Source: Candidatus Uhrbacteria bacterium RIFOXYB12_FULL_58_10 (GTDB lineage Bacteria > Patescibacteriota > Patescibacteriia > UBA9934 > GWF2-40-263). Taken from it: a stretch of 64,000 bases of DNA. The stretch covers positions 18 to 64,017 of the forward strand of contig CALRBH010000005.1 in NCBI GenBank assembly GCA_943354165.1, written 5' to 3'. The position numbers and the translations under genes are program-made. Shown piece after piece: positions 18,289 through 26,568 of the stretch (position 1 is the first letter of the stretch; the number at the start of each line of letters is the position of its first letter). The notes beneath the pieces were generated by a model. It did not search any database and had not been told where the DNA came from. It was given only the letters and a program-made list of their open reading frames with translations.

Positions 18289-19035
18289 CTAAAACATTCT
18301 CGTCTTCCCCGTAATCACCTTGAAAGTCATCGGTTCCACGGTGATGTCGAATCGGTTCCCGTGCATCTCTTCCCCGTCAGCAAGGACGGTCATGGTTTCC
18401 TGAGAACGGATCTCTAATGTCTGAAGAGGGATAATGCTTTTTCCCATTTTGCGCTTCTTGAACCATCCGCCGGATTCGGTGGTACGGATCACCACTTCAA
18501 GGAGTCCATCGCGCGGGTTCCCGACTTCCCCTTCCGTTGGATGTTCCACGGCGGCAAGGTTACGAATTTCGAGCGAGCCCGCGCCCGTAGGACTGAGCTT
18601 ATATCCGTCACAGATAAGTTCTGCCTTGAAGCGCGGAACCGTGACACCCGCAATGAACCGCCGACCGTTTACCAGACCTGAGTCTATGGTCTCTACAATG
18701 CGCGAAGACAACGTATCGCAGGCGGCAATGCCTGTGGGGATTCCGAGAATTCTCGCGAGCCCTTGTGGCTCTCCCATGGGAATCATCCCGAACACCACAC
18801 CAGTGTCTGCCACGGCATCCAGGACTTTCTTTGCGGTCGCATCGTTCCCTACGGCGACGACCGTCGTAAGCCCGCGCCGAACCTCATCCCGAATCATTTC
18901 TCCCGGATCCCGAAAGAGCGCGAGGCGCACGACTTTTCCGGAAAGGCCGAGGTCGGTAAGGCGGCTTTCTACGTCCGCAAGCTCATTGCGGTACTTGGGC
19001 TCCGCCAGAAACTCGTCATAGATGTACCCGTACAC
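18289..19035 (-). CDS. Diacylglycerol kinase catalytic-domain family lipid kinase (YegS/BmrU-like)
   Basis: The 248-aa protein has the DAGK_cat-like motif VVAVGNDATAKKVLDAV and a C-terminal beta-sandwich region. Confidence 0.6.
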   Translation of the reverse strand: MYGYIYDEFLAEPKYRNELADVESRLTDLGLSGKVVRLALFRDPGEMIRDEVRRGLTTVVAVGNDATAKKVLDAVADTGVVFGMIPMGEPQGLARILGIPTGIAACDTLSSRIVETIDSGLVNGRRFIAGVTVPRFKAELICDGYKLSPTGAGSLEIRNLAAVEHPTEGEVGNPRDGLLEVVIRTTESGGWFKKRKMGKSIIPLQTLEIRSQETMTVLADGEEMHGNRFDITVEPMTFKVITGKTRMF

Positions 19036-19041
19036 ACGCGG

Positions 19042-19410
19042 TTATTTCTCCTGTGGCTCGACCGAGCCCCCTTCCATGCTGATGCGGCCGTTCACAATGG
19101 CCCCAGGGGCAATAGAGAGTACACGTGCTTCGATATCTCCATGCACACGGGAAGTTTCAAGGAGTTCGAGTCGATCGGACACGCGGAGGTTTCCCTGAAT
19201 CTCTCCTGCAATGATGGCCGAGTCTGCGGACACGTCCGCTTGAATGCGTGCGCTCTCGCCGACGCGAAGCGACTCGTCCGTATGGACCGATCCGCTCACC
19301 TCCCCATCGATCACCACATCTCCCTTGCTCGTAAATTCCCCCTCAACGCGAACACCGACCGCGATGATCGTCTCGGCATGGTTGCTTGGCATAGAGTCTC
19401 GTTTGAACAT
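19042..19410 (-). CDS. Bactofilin family cytoskeletal protein
   Basis: The 122-aa protein has repetitive beta-helix motifs (..GEVSGSV....GE.QGNL.VS..LEL...VHGDI...L.I) typical of bactofilin (DUF583). Confidence 0.7.
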   Translation of the reverse strand: MFKRDSMPSNHAETIIAVGVRVEGEFTSKGDVVIDGEVSGSVHTDESLRVGESARIQADVSADSAIIAGEIQGNLRVSDRLELLETSRVHGDIEARVLSIAPGAIVNGRISMEGGSVEPQEK

Positions 19411-19418
19411 AAACCGGT

Positions 19419-20807
19419 TTACTTGAGTCTAGCCTTTCCCGTTGCGGCCTTCAAGGTCGCCCGGAACGTAGATCCCTTCAGTTTTCCGGCACTCTCGGCA
19501 ACAATGGTGCCTCCCATCCCTTCCATAAGCTTTTTGACGACGTACAACCCAAGTCCGGAAGACGTTTTTACAAACTTCGACGCATGGCCGCGGGCAAACT
19601 TTTCGAACAAGTGCATCTTGTCCTCGGGAGAAAGCCCAAACCCAGTATCCTTTACCTCGATGACCACAGAGCCTTCCTTCCGTTCGAGACGGATATGAAT
19701 CGATCCCTTCTCTGTGTACTTGAGCGCGTTGTCCGTCATGTTCATAACCACCTCCTTGAGCTTCTCAGGATCCGCCTGCGTCATGACAGGCTCCTTTGGC
19801 ACGTCGAGCGTCAACGCGACGCCCTTTTCCTTCGCATGTGCCTGCAGGAAGTCGCCGACCCAATGCACGATGGCTCCCGCATCCACATCCGCCATCTTCA
19901 CCTGCAGCCGGCCGGACTCGATGCGAGTAAGGTCAAGAAGATGGTTCACGAGCAGGATGAGCGATTCGGTGCTCTGGCGTACGTTTTCAAGTGCTGAGTG
20001 CTGTTTCTTGTTGATTTTTCCGACCATGCCGTCCTCAAGCATGGCCACATAGCCTTTCGTGATGGCGAGTGGCGTGCGCAGCTGATGGCTCGCGATCGAA
20101 AGAAATTCCGTCTTGAGGGAATCGAGCGCCTTGAGCTTATTATTTGCGACACGCAGCTTGCTGGTGGTGAGCTTCAACGCCTGGAACGTCTGCGCCTTCT
20201 GCACCGCAATCATAATCAGAGAGAGAAGGTTTTCGATGGTCTCACGCTCGTATCGCGTAAGATCGTCTGCCGCGCGGTTCAGTCCGAGGGCAAGTACGCC
20301 TACGGGGATTTTTCCAGAACACATCGGAAACACGAGCGCAAATTTCGCGCCGTGCTTCTCATCAAGCCGCTCCATCTCTTCCGCCGTGAAGGAAGGGGTG
20401 AAGACCTTTCCGAGCCAGTCATGTGTCTGACGCTTCCCGTTCTTAAGGGCTTTCACGCACAAATTTTCCTTGTGGGAGAGGGGAATGGGCAAACGATCAC
20501 CCACGGGCACATCACAGATCGAAGACTTCTTATCTCCACATGCGGCCGCCATCCAAGTGAGGTGTTTCCCTTCCATAACCGCAACGGCAACAAGGGGAAA
20601 AGAAAATTCGCGCACCAGGATCTGCGCGATCTGCCCCGTGAGCTCATGCGGCTCAAGGGAGGCCATGGCGACTTCATCGATGTCGCGCAGGAGCGAGAGG
20701 GTCTTATTACGCACAGCAAGCTCGGCGTTGCGCGCATACATCTCTCGATTCACTTCATCGAGCATGCGCTCCCGGCTCGCAAGTGAATGAGAGGTGCGGT
20801 CGGCCAT
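19419..20807 (-). CDS. Sensor histidine kinase with an N-terminal GAF-like domain (HisKA + HATPase_c), cytoplasmic
   Basis: It has an H-box (SIASHQLRTPL), an N box and a G box (DTGFGLSPED, GLGLYVVKK), and no TM segment. Confidence 0.85.
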   Translation of the reverse strand: MADRTSHSLASRERMLDEVNREMYARNAELAVRNKTLSLLRDIDEVAMASLEPHELTGQIAQILVREFSFPLVAVAVMEGKHLTWMAAACGDKKSSICDVPVGDRLPIPLSHKENLCVKALKNGKRQTHDWLGKVFTPSFTAEEMERLDEKHGAKFALVFPMCSGKIPVGVLALGLNRAADDLTRYERETIENLLSLIMIAVQKAQTFQALKLTTSKLRVANNKLKALDSLKTEFLSIASHQLRTPLAITKGYVAMLEDGMVGKINKKQHSALENVRQSTESLILLVNHLLDLTRIESGRLQVKMADVDAGAIVHWVGDFLQAHAKEKGVALTLDVPKEPVMTQADPEKLKEVVMNMTDNALKYTEKGSIHIRLERKEGSVVIEVKDTGFGLSPEDKMHLFEKFARGHASKFVKTSSGLGLYVVKKLMEGMGGTIVAESAGKLKGSTFRATLKAATGKARLK

Positions 20808-20814
20808 ACTGGAT

Positions 20815-20935
20815 TAAACGACAAACAACAAATCCCAAACGACAAAGAAAGAGGGAAAAGAAGAAACAGCTAAACCTTTTACCCTTTTTTCGTTTTCCAT
20901 ATTTCTTTGTCGTTTGTCGTTTTTCGTTTCATCGT
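20815..20935. repeat. CGACAAA-family long hairpin (arms of about 35 nt)
   Basis: aaacgacaaacaacaaatcccaaacgacaaagaaagag pairs with tttctttgtcgtttgtcgtttttcgtttc. It lies between the histidine kinase start and the upstream gene stop. Confidence 0.75.
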
Positions 20936-20938
20936 CCC

Positions 20939-21232
20939 CTAACGCAGAACTTCAGGCACCGCATCCTTAGAAAACTGAGAAAGATACGGCTTTACCGCCT
21001 CGCGGCACACTTCGCGGGACGCCGGCCCGAAGAGTTCTTCGAACTGGCCGACCAGCCCTTCGAGCACGGCTCGAGTATTTCCTGAGATGGTAATTTTATG
21101 ATTCTTCGCGATCACTAAACCCGACACCTTGCCGGCTTCACGCCAAGCGAGAGGCCCGATCACGAGCTCTTGTTCCTTGATAATGTGTTCTGCAAGAAAA
21201 GCGGCTTCCATAGGTCCGTATAAGATTACCAT
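20939..21232 (-). CDS. Hypothetical protein (97 aa), possibly roadblock/LC7-like
   Basis: The ORF has codon bias consistent with its neighbours. The family assignment is uncertain. Confidence 0.4.
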   Translation of the reverse strand: MVILYGPMEAAFLAEHIIKEQELVIGPLAWREAGKVSGLVIAKNHKITISGNTRAVLEGLVGQFEELFGPASREVCREAVKPYLSQFSKDAVPEVLR

Positions 21233-21300
21233 GTTTCAAGTTGCGGTGAAACATCGAGGACGCGTATCATGCCCGCGAGCGGACGTGTTTCTCCCCTTAT

Positions 21301-22203
21301 ATGCCTAAAATTTTCCCGCAGTTCGAACCCCTGGACCTCAGCCATAAGCCCCAGGTCGAATCCCTGACCTCGCGGTTCCATCCTTACTCAGATTTCAACT
21401 TCACTAGCCTGTTTTGCTACAACACAAACGGGTGTGTCGCCCTCTCGGACCTTCATGGCAACGTTGCCGTGCGGTTTGCCGACTACCTCACGGGCCTCCC
21501 GTTCTATTCATTCATCGGCGATGCGTATGCGGATGAAACGGCCCACACGCTCCTCACGCACGCACGCGACGAAGTCGGCGTCGCGGAATTGAAACTTGTT
21601 CCTGAATCCACAGCACAAAACCTCGATCGCAACCGATTCGAGGTGCAGGAAGACCCAGACAACGTCGACTACATCCTGTCTGTAGATCGACTGAAGACCT
21701 ATAATGGCAGCGTCCTGAAACCGTGCCGGAACTCGGTCACCCGCTTCCTCCGTTCCCATATTCCGGAAACGCGACTCCTTGACCTTGCGAACCCCGAAGT
21801 CCAAAAGGAACTAAAAACGCTCTTCCTCGCCTGGGCCAAGCAGAAAAAGATTCCGTTCGACCAGACGGAAAACGAGTTCAAGGCGATCAGTAACATTTTT
21901 AAGCTTCCGACCTATGATCGTCTGGTGACTATTGGTGTTTTTGTCGAAGGACAGCTCGCGGGATTTTCTATCAGCGAGATCCTCGCCAACGGATACGCAA
22001 CGACCCACTTTGAGAAGGGCAATCCTTCACGCCATGTCGGCATCTACCAATACATGACACAGGAGACGGCCCGGATTCTTTCGACGATGGAGTGCGCGTT
22101 CATCAACTACCAGCAGGACATGGGACTCCCCGGCCTCAAGACTTACAAGAAGGGATACCATCCCATTTCGTATCTAAAAAAATTCCGCGTCACGTGGAAG
22201 TAG
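21301..22203 (+). CDS. DUF2156 domain protein (MprF C-terminal-like, putative aminoacyl-tRNA-dependent transferase with GNAT-like fold)
   Basis: The 300-aa protein resembles the phosphatidylglycerol lysyltransferase C-terminal domain (LPG_synthase_C). It has no TM domain. Confidence 0.5.
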   Translation: MPKIFPQFEPLDLSHKPQVESLTSRFHPYSDFNFTSLFCYNTNGCVALSDLHGNVAVRFADYLTGLPFYSFIGDAYADETAHTLLTHARDEVGVAELKLVPESTAQNLDRNRFEVQEDPDNVDYILSVDRLKTYNGSVLKPCRNSVTRFLRSHIPETRLLDLANPEVQKELKTLFLAWAKQKKIPFDQTENEFKAISNIFKLPTYDRLVTIGVFVEGQLAGFSISEILANGYATTHFEKGNPSRHVGIYQYMTQETARILSTMECAFINYQQDMGLPGLKTYKKGYHPISYLKKFRVTWK

Positions 22204-22233
22204 ATCCGCGTGTGTGATACTATTTCCCTAAGT

Positions 22234-23064
22234 ATGAAGCTCAATGAACCAAAGCATTTGCGCAACAGCCTGTCCCTGCGCATCGCGGTCGCTCTGTTCG
22301 CGGCCCATCTCGTTTGGTGGGGAGCATTAACACTCCTGAATGCGCCCGACGAAACCAAGGCCATTTGGGGAGCCTCATACCAGGTGCTCGCCCTCTGGGG
22401 AGGTGTCTGGGGACTCATCATCGCCCGGTCATGGGGCGGCATGAAGAGCGTCATGGGACGATCCGTCGGTGCGTTTGCCATCGGGTTGATTTTGCAGAAC
22501 TTCGGACAGAGCGTGTTCAGCTACTTCAACTTGTTCGCCCAGGTTGAAATGCCCTACCCTTCGCTCGCAGACCTTGGCTACTTCGGCAGCATCCCGTTCT
22601 ATATCTACGGCGCCATCATGCTCGGAAAGGCCTCTGGGGTGAGCATTTCCCTCAAGTCCGTCTCGAGCAAATTGCAGGCCGTTACCATTCCGGTCATCAT
22701 GCTGGGACTTTCCTACTTCTACTTCCTTCGGGGGTATGAGTTTAATTGGTCGGCACCGCTCCGAATGTTCCTCGATTTCGGCTATCCATTCGGTCAGGCC
22801 ATTTACGTATCGCTCGCCATGCTCGTCTACCTGCTGTCTACCAAGACTCTGGGGGGAATTATGAAAGACAAAGTGCTCCTGATCCTCGCCGCCCTCGTCG
22901 TCCAGTACCTCGCCGATTATAACTTCCTCTACCAAGCCGCCGCCGGGAGCTGGGCCGTCAGCGGATATGGCGATGTCATCTATCTCACGGCTTACTTCCT
23001 CATGGCATTCGGACTCATCCATCTTAAGACCGAATACATCCACGCCCGCCCCTCGGCCTCCTAA
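22234..23064 (+). CDS. Hypothetical polytopic membrane protein (about 8 TM)
   Basis: The 277-aa protein starts at the internal Met (the ORF opens at 22210) and lies 30 nt downstream of the DUF2156 gene. Confidence 0.55.
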   Translation: MKLNEPKHLRNSLSLRIAVALFAAHLVWWGALTLLNAPDETKAIWGASYQVLALWGGVWGLIIARSWGGMKSVMGRSVGAFAIGLILQNFGQSVFSYFNLFAQVEMPYPSLADLGYFGSIPFYIYGAIMLGKASGVSISLKSVSSKLQAVTIPVIMLGLSYFYFLRGYEFNWSAPLRMFLDFGYPFGQAIYVSLAMLVYLLSTKTLGGIMKDKVLLILAALVVQYLADYNFLYQAAAGSWAVSGYGDVIYLTAYFLMAFGLIHLKTEYIHARPSAS

Positions 23065-23068
23065 AAAA

Positions 23069-23104
23069 ATAGCCTCGCCAATATGGTGAGGCTATTTTGT
23101 TTTC
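23069..23104. terminator. Bidirectional rho-independent terminator
   Basis: The hairpin aatagcctc..gaggctatt is flanked by A-tracts and T-tracts on both sides. It lies between the convergent genes ending at 23064 and 23107. Confidence 0.7.
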
Positions 23105-23106
23105 CC

Positions 23107-23460
23107 CTAGTTCCCCCAACAGACCGTCTGTTCCCTCACCACCGTTTCCGGCGTAGAAAAATACTTTAGACAGACACGCCGTGCATCTTCGATCACAAAC
23201 GCCTTACAGGAAAAGATGTCGATGAGCGCTTCGTTGAACTTCGTGAACGTATGAATGGAAACGTGTGAGTAGTCCAGCACTGCGAAGCAGGACAACCCAG
23301 GATTTTCCGGCACGCCTTCACAGACCACCGGCCCGTAAAGGATGTTCATCTTCACCACCGCAACGACTTCTACGGCGAATTCCTTTAGGCAATCTTCATC
23401 ATGAATCGCATCCCCGGCGTGGGAAAGATCGAAGAGAATATGGTACCGAGGTGTCTGCAT
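23107..23460 (-). CDS. speH: S-adenosylmethionine decarboxylase proenzyme (small class 1A, SpeH type)
   Basis: The 117-aa protein has the motif LDYSHVSIHTF matching the self-processing region of AdoMetDC. Confidence 0.7.
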   Translation of the reverse strand: MQTPRYHILFDLSHAGDAIHDEDCLKEFAVEVVAVVKMNILYGPVVCEGVPENPGLSCFAVLDYSHVSIHTFTKFNEALIDIFSCKAFVIEDARRVCLKYFSTPETVVREQTVCWGN

Positions 23461-23468
23461 AGTGGGGG

Positions 23469-25178
23469 TTACATTTCCATTGCTGGCTTGATGCCGAGGA
23501 GCGCAAGACCGTTTTCGAGCACCTGCTGCACGGCCTTCACCGTCGCGAGGCGCGCCATGCGCTCTTCCCCTTCACTCGAGGCGACGGGAACGGCTTCGTA
23601 GTAGGAACTGAAGGTCTGGGCGAGGTCGAAGAGGTACTGGGCGATGAGACTTGGCTTCAACTCGGCTCCCGCGGCCGCTACGGCTTCAGGATAAGAGGCC
23701 AGCGCAAGCAGCAACCGATGCTCCAGTGGATGTGTGAACCTCAATCCCTTACCACCTTTACCGCCCTTACCACCTTTACCCGCCTTCTTGAGCACACTCG
23801 TTGCGCGGGCGAACATATAGAGGAGGTATGGGCCGGAGAAACCTTCGAACGACATGGCTTCGGCGCGATCAAAGATGATTTTCTTGTCCGGATCCTGCTT
23901 GAGCATCGCGAAGCGGATGGCGGCGAAGGCTACCGACTGCGCCGCGGCGTCGAGTTGCTTCTGGCTCCAGTCCTCATGGCGCTTCTTGGATTCCGCATGC
24001 GCCGCCGCGATCAGCTCATCGCGGAACTCTTCATACCGAATCGCGTTTCCTTTCCGGGAGGACATTGATCCTTCCTTAAGAGTGACGAATTCGTAGGAAA
24101 CGTGTTCCATCTCCTTCTCGAACCCCATCCGCTTGAGGGTCGCAAACAGCTGGCGCATGGCGAGCGTCTGGCGGCCGTCGATCACGAACAGACTGCGCGG
24201 GGCGTGATAGTCATCATCCTTGCGCATCGCGAGGGCGAGGTCCTTGGCGTTGTACAGAAGCGTCCCATCGGACTTCACAAGCAGGTTGGCTCCGAAGCCT
24301 TCATCCTCCAAGTCGACGATCCAAGCTCCTTCACTCATTTTTACGATCCCTTTCTTTTTCAAATCCTCGATGATCTCCTTGGTTTGAGGAATGAGATCGC
24401 TCTCATAATAGGTTTTCTGGATGGTGAGGCCGAGTTCCTTCTGGATGGCCTTAAAGTTCTTGAGCGACCAAGTGCGGGTTTGCTTCCAGAGGCGCACAGC
24501 GGGACCCTTGAGGTCCTCGAGCTCGTGGTGGATGGCGGAAATAGCCTGCTTCACTACTGGATCTGCAGACGCAGCGACCGCTTCCACGTACATGCGCTCA
24601 AGAAACGCGATATCATCCTCGTCCGCGCGGCGCTGGTCCTTGCTGCGCTGGATGGCCCAAAGACAGGCGGCCACGTTCGCGCCCAAATCGTTCACATAGG
24701 ACACGGGAATCACCTCATGACCGAGCGCACGCAGAAGATCAACGACCGCCTGGCCCAAAAAGAAATTTCGAAGGTGACCGACGTGCAATCCTTTGTGCGT
24801 ATTCGGGTTCGCGAACTCGACGAGGACCCGTTTGCCCTGGCCCGAATCGGACGTGCCGAACTTTTTGCCATCGGCGGCAATCTCTCCGAGGATCGCGGTG
24901 CCGAAAGAAGTGTCGTCGAACGTAAAGTTAATGTACGGACCCTTGGCCTCCGCCTTCTTAATGAATCCGTCTGGCGAAATCTTCGGCGCAAGCTCGGAAG
25001 CGATCTCCATGGGGTTCCGGCCCATTCCTTTTGCGAGGACGAAACAGGGAAACGCAATGTCGCCCATTGCTGGGTCTGGTGGGCTCGTGAGGTCTGCCAT
25101 CGTCGGCGCGTATTCCTTGCCGATCGCGGACTTCAACGCGAGCAGGACCTGCTTTTTGGCATCGAGCATGATGGACAT
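23469..25178 (-). CDS. argS: Arginine--tRNA ligase
   Basis: The 569-aa protein has a HIGH-region variant (PNTHKGLHVGHLRN), a KMSK-like motif and a DALR anticodon-binding C-terminus. It contains a GKGGKGGKGGKG insertion encoded by the G-family repeat. Confidence 0.95.
   Translation of the reverse strand: MSIMLDAKKQVLLALKSAIGKEYAPTMADLTSPPDPAMGDIAFPCFVLAKGMGRNPMEIASELAPKISPDGFIKKAEAKGPYINFTFDDTSFGTAILGEIAADGKKFGTSDSGQGKRVLVEFANPNTHKGLHVGHLRNFFLGQAVVDLLRALGHEVIPVSYVNDLGANVAACLWAIQRSKDQRRADEDDIAFLERMYVEAVAASADPVVKQAISAIHHELEDLKGPAVRLWKQTRTWSLKNFKAIQKELGLTIQKTYYESDLIPQTKEIIEDLKKKGIVKMSEGAWIVDLEDEGFGANLLVKSDGTLLYNAKDLALAMRKDDDYHAPRSLFVIDGRQTLAMRQLFATLKRMGFEKEMEHVSYEFVTLKEGSMSSRKGNAIRYEEFRDELIAAAHAESKKRHEDWSQKQLDAAAQSVAFAAIRFAMLKQDPDKKIIFDRAEAMSFEGFSGPYLLYMFARATSVLKKAGKGGKGGKGGKGLRFTHPLEHRLLLALASYPEAVAAAGAELKPSLIAQYLFDLAQTFSSYYEAVPVASSEGEERMARLATVKAVQQVLENGLALLGIKPAMEM
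23746..23784. repeat. GTAAGGG-family repeat embedded in-frame in argS, encoding (GKG)n
   Basis: cccttaccacctttaccgcccttaccacctttacccgcc is the reverse complement of GGTAAGGG/GGTAAAGG units and encodes KKAGKGGKGGKGGKG. Confidence 0.75.
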
Positions 25179-25187
25179 AGGGGTCGG

Positions 25188-25252
25188 AGGGCTGTAAGGG
25201 CGGTAAGGGTCGTAAGGGGCTGAATACGTTCCTCCCCTTCGCCAAGGGGAGG
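25188..25252. repeat. Composite intergenic spacer between argS and tyrS: GTAAGGG units followed by a P-family hairpin (cctcccc ttcgccaa ggggagg)
   Basis: gggctgtaagggcggtaagggtcgtaagggg is followed by cctccccttcgccaaggggagg. Confidence 0.75.
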
Positions 25253-25277
25253 TTGGGAGGGGTTGCCGTCCATGGCA

Positions 25278-26489
25278 TCAGCCTTGTATGACACGAACGA
25301 AGTGCCGCTTTCCTTTCTGGATGACGTTTCCATTTTCCGTCGGGGTGATCGACAAGTCGTAGCCCGAAACGACAACCTCATCGACTTTCACTCCCCCGCC
25401 ATCGATCAAACGGCGAGCTTCGCCGTTGCTTGTGGCGAGGCCGGTGCGGACGAGGGCGTCGATGATGCCGATGGAGCCCAGGATTTTGACCGTTGGGATT
25501 TCGGTTGGCATCGCATGGTCCTGGAAGAGCGCATTGAACGCTTTCTTGGCGGCCTTTGCCTTGGCGCGGCTGTAAAAGAAGGTGACGACTTCCTCGGCGA
25601 GGTGGGCCTTCACATCGCGTGGGTTGGCGCCGGTCGCAAGTTCGTCTTTGATGGCCGCGAGTTCGATCGCTGGGATCTCCGTGAGCAATTCGAAGCCTGG
25701 TTCGATCATGCCATCAGTCCAGCTCATCACCTTGCCGAACATTTCGTCTGGCGAATCCGCAAGCGTGATCATGTTCCCTTCGCTCTTCCCCATCTTCTTG
25801 CCGGTATTGTCGACGAGAAGCTTCGTGGTGAGGACGAATTTCTCCTTGTGCTTGATTTCCTTCATGAGCGTGCGGCCGGCAAGCATGTTGAACGTCTGAT
25901 CGTTCCCGCCGATTTCCCCATCGACATCCATAGCGACAGAATCGTAGCCCTGCATGAGGGGATAGAGGAATTCGTGGAGGTGGACTGGCTTTCCTTCTGC
26001 GACGCGCTTCTCAAACATGTCGCGTTCGAGCATTTGCTGGACGGTGTAATGCGAAGCGAGTTCGACGACGTTGCTGAACGACATCTTGCCGAGCCACTTA
26101 GAGTTGTACTTAAGCTCGGCCTTGTTCTCGCCGGAGAATTTAAGGATCTTCGATGCCTGCTTCTTGTAGTTCTTGGCATTCTCGAGAACCTGTTCGCGAG
26201 TGAGACGGACGCGAGTTGCCGACTTGTCGGTAGGATCGCCAATCATGGCGGTGAAATCGCCGATGAGGAGGATGATCTTGTGGCCGAGGTCCTGGAGCTC
26301 GCGCAGTTTCATGAGGACGATGGCGTTCCCCAAGTGGAGCGATGGGCCGGTTGGGTCGATGCCAAGGTAGATGGTGAGTTGTTTCCCTTCTACGAGGCGG
26401 GCGCGAACGAAATCGCGCGATGGGTACACGTTTTCCACTCCTCGAGTGAGGAGGGCGTCGATTTTGTGGGCGTCAGTAATAACGTTCAT
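25278..26489 (-). CDS. tyrS: Tyrosine--tRNA ligase
   Basis: It has HLGN (a HIGH variant), KMGKS and a C-terminal S4-like domain. The start is at MNVITDAHK, the internal Met of the longer ORF. Confidence 0.93.
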   Translation of the reverse strand: MNVITDAHKIDALLTRGVENVYPSRDFVRARLVEGKQLTIYLGIDPTGPSLHLGNAIVLMKLRELQDLGHKIILLIGDFTAMIGDPTDKSATRVRLTREQVLENAKNYKKQASKILKFSGENKAELKYNSKWLGKMSFSNVVELASHYTVQQMLERDMFEKRVAEGKPVHLHEFLYPLMQGYDSVAMDVDGEIGGNDQTFNMLAGRTLMKEIKHKEKFVLTTKLLVDNTGKKMGKSEGNMITLADSPDEMFGKVMSWTDGMIEPGFELLTEIPAIELAAIKDELATGANPRDVKAHLAEEVVTFFYSRAKAKAAKKAFNALFQDHAMPTEIPTVKILGSIGIIDALVRTGLATSNGEARRLIDGGGVKVDEVVVSGYDLSITPTENGNVIQKGKRHFVRVIQG

Positions 26490-26519
26490 ATCCCGCGCAT
26501 CGTAGCGGAAATGACTGAT

Positions 26520-26557
26520 TTTCGCAAAAATCAAACGACCCCGTTGTGGGGTCGTTT
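26520..26557 (-). terminator. Rho-independent terminator downstream of valS
   Basis: The hairpin aaacgacccc-gttgt-ggggtcgttt is followed on the minus strand by gatttttgcg. Confidence 0.65.
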
Positions 26558-26568
26558 ATTGCAGGTTA

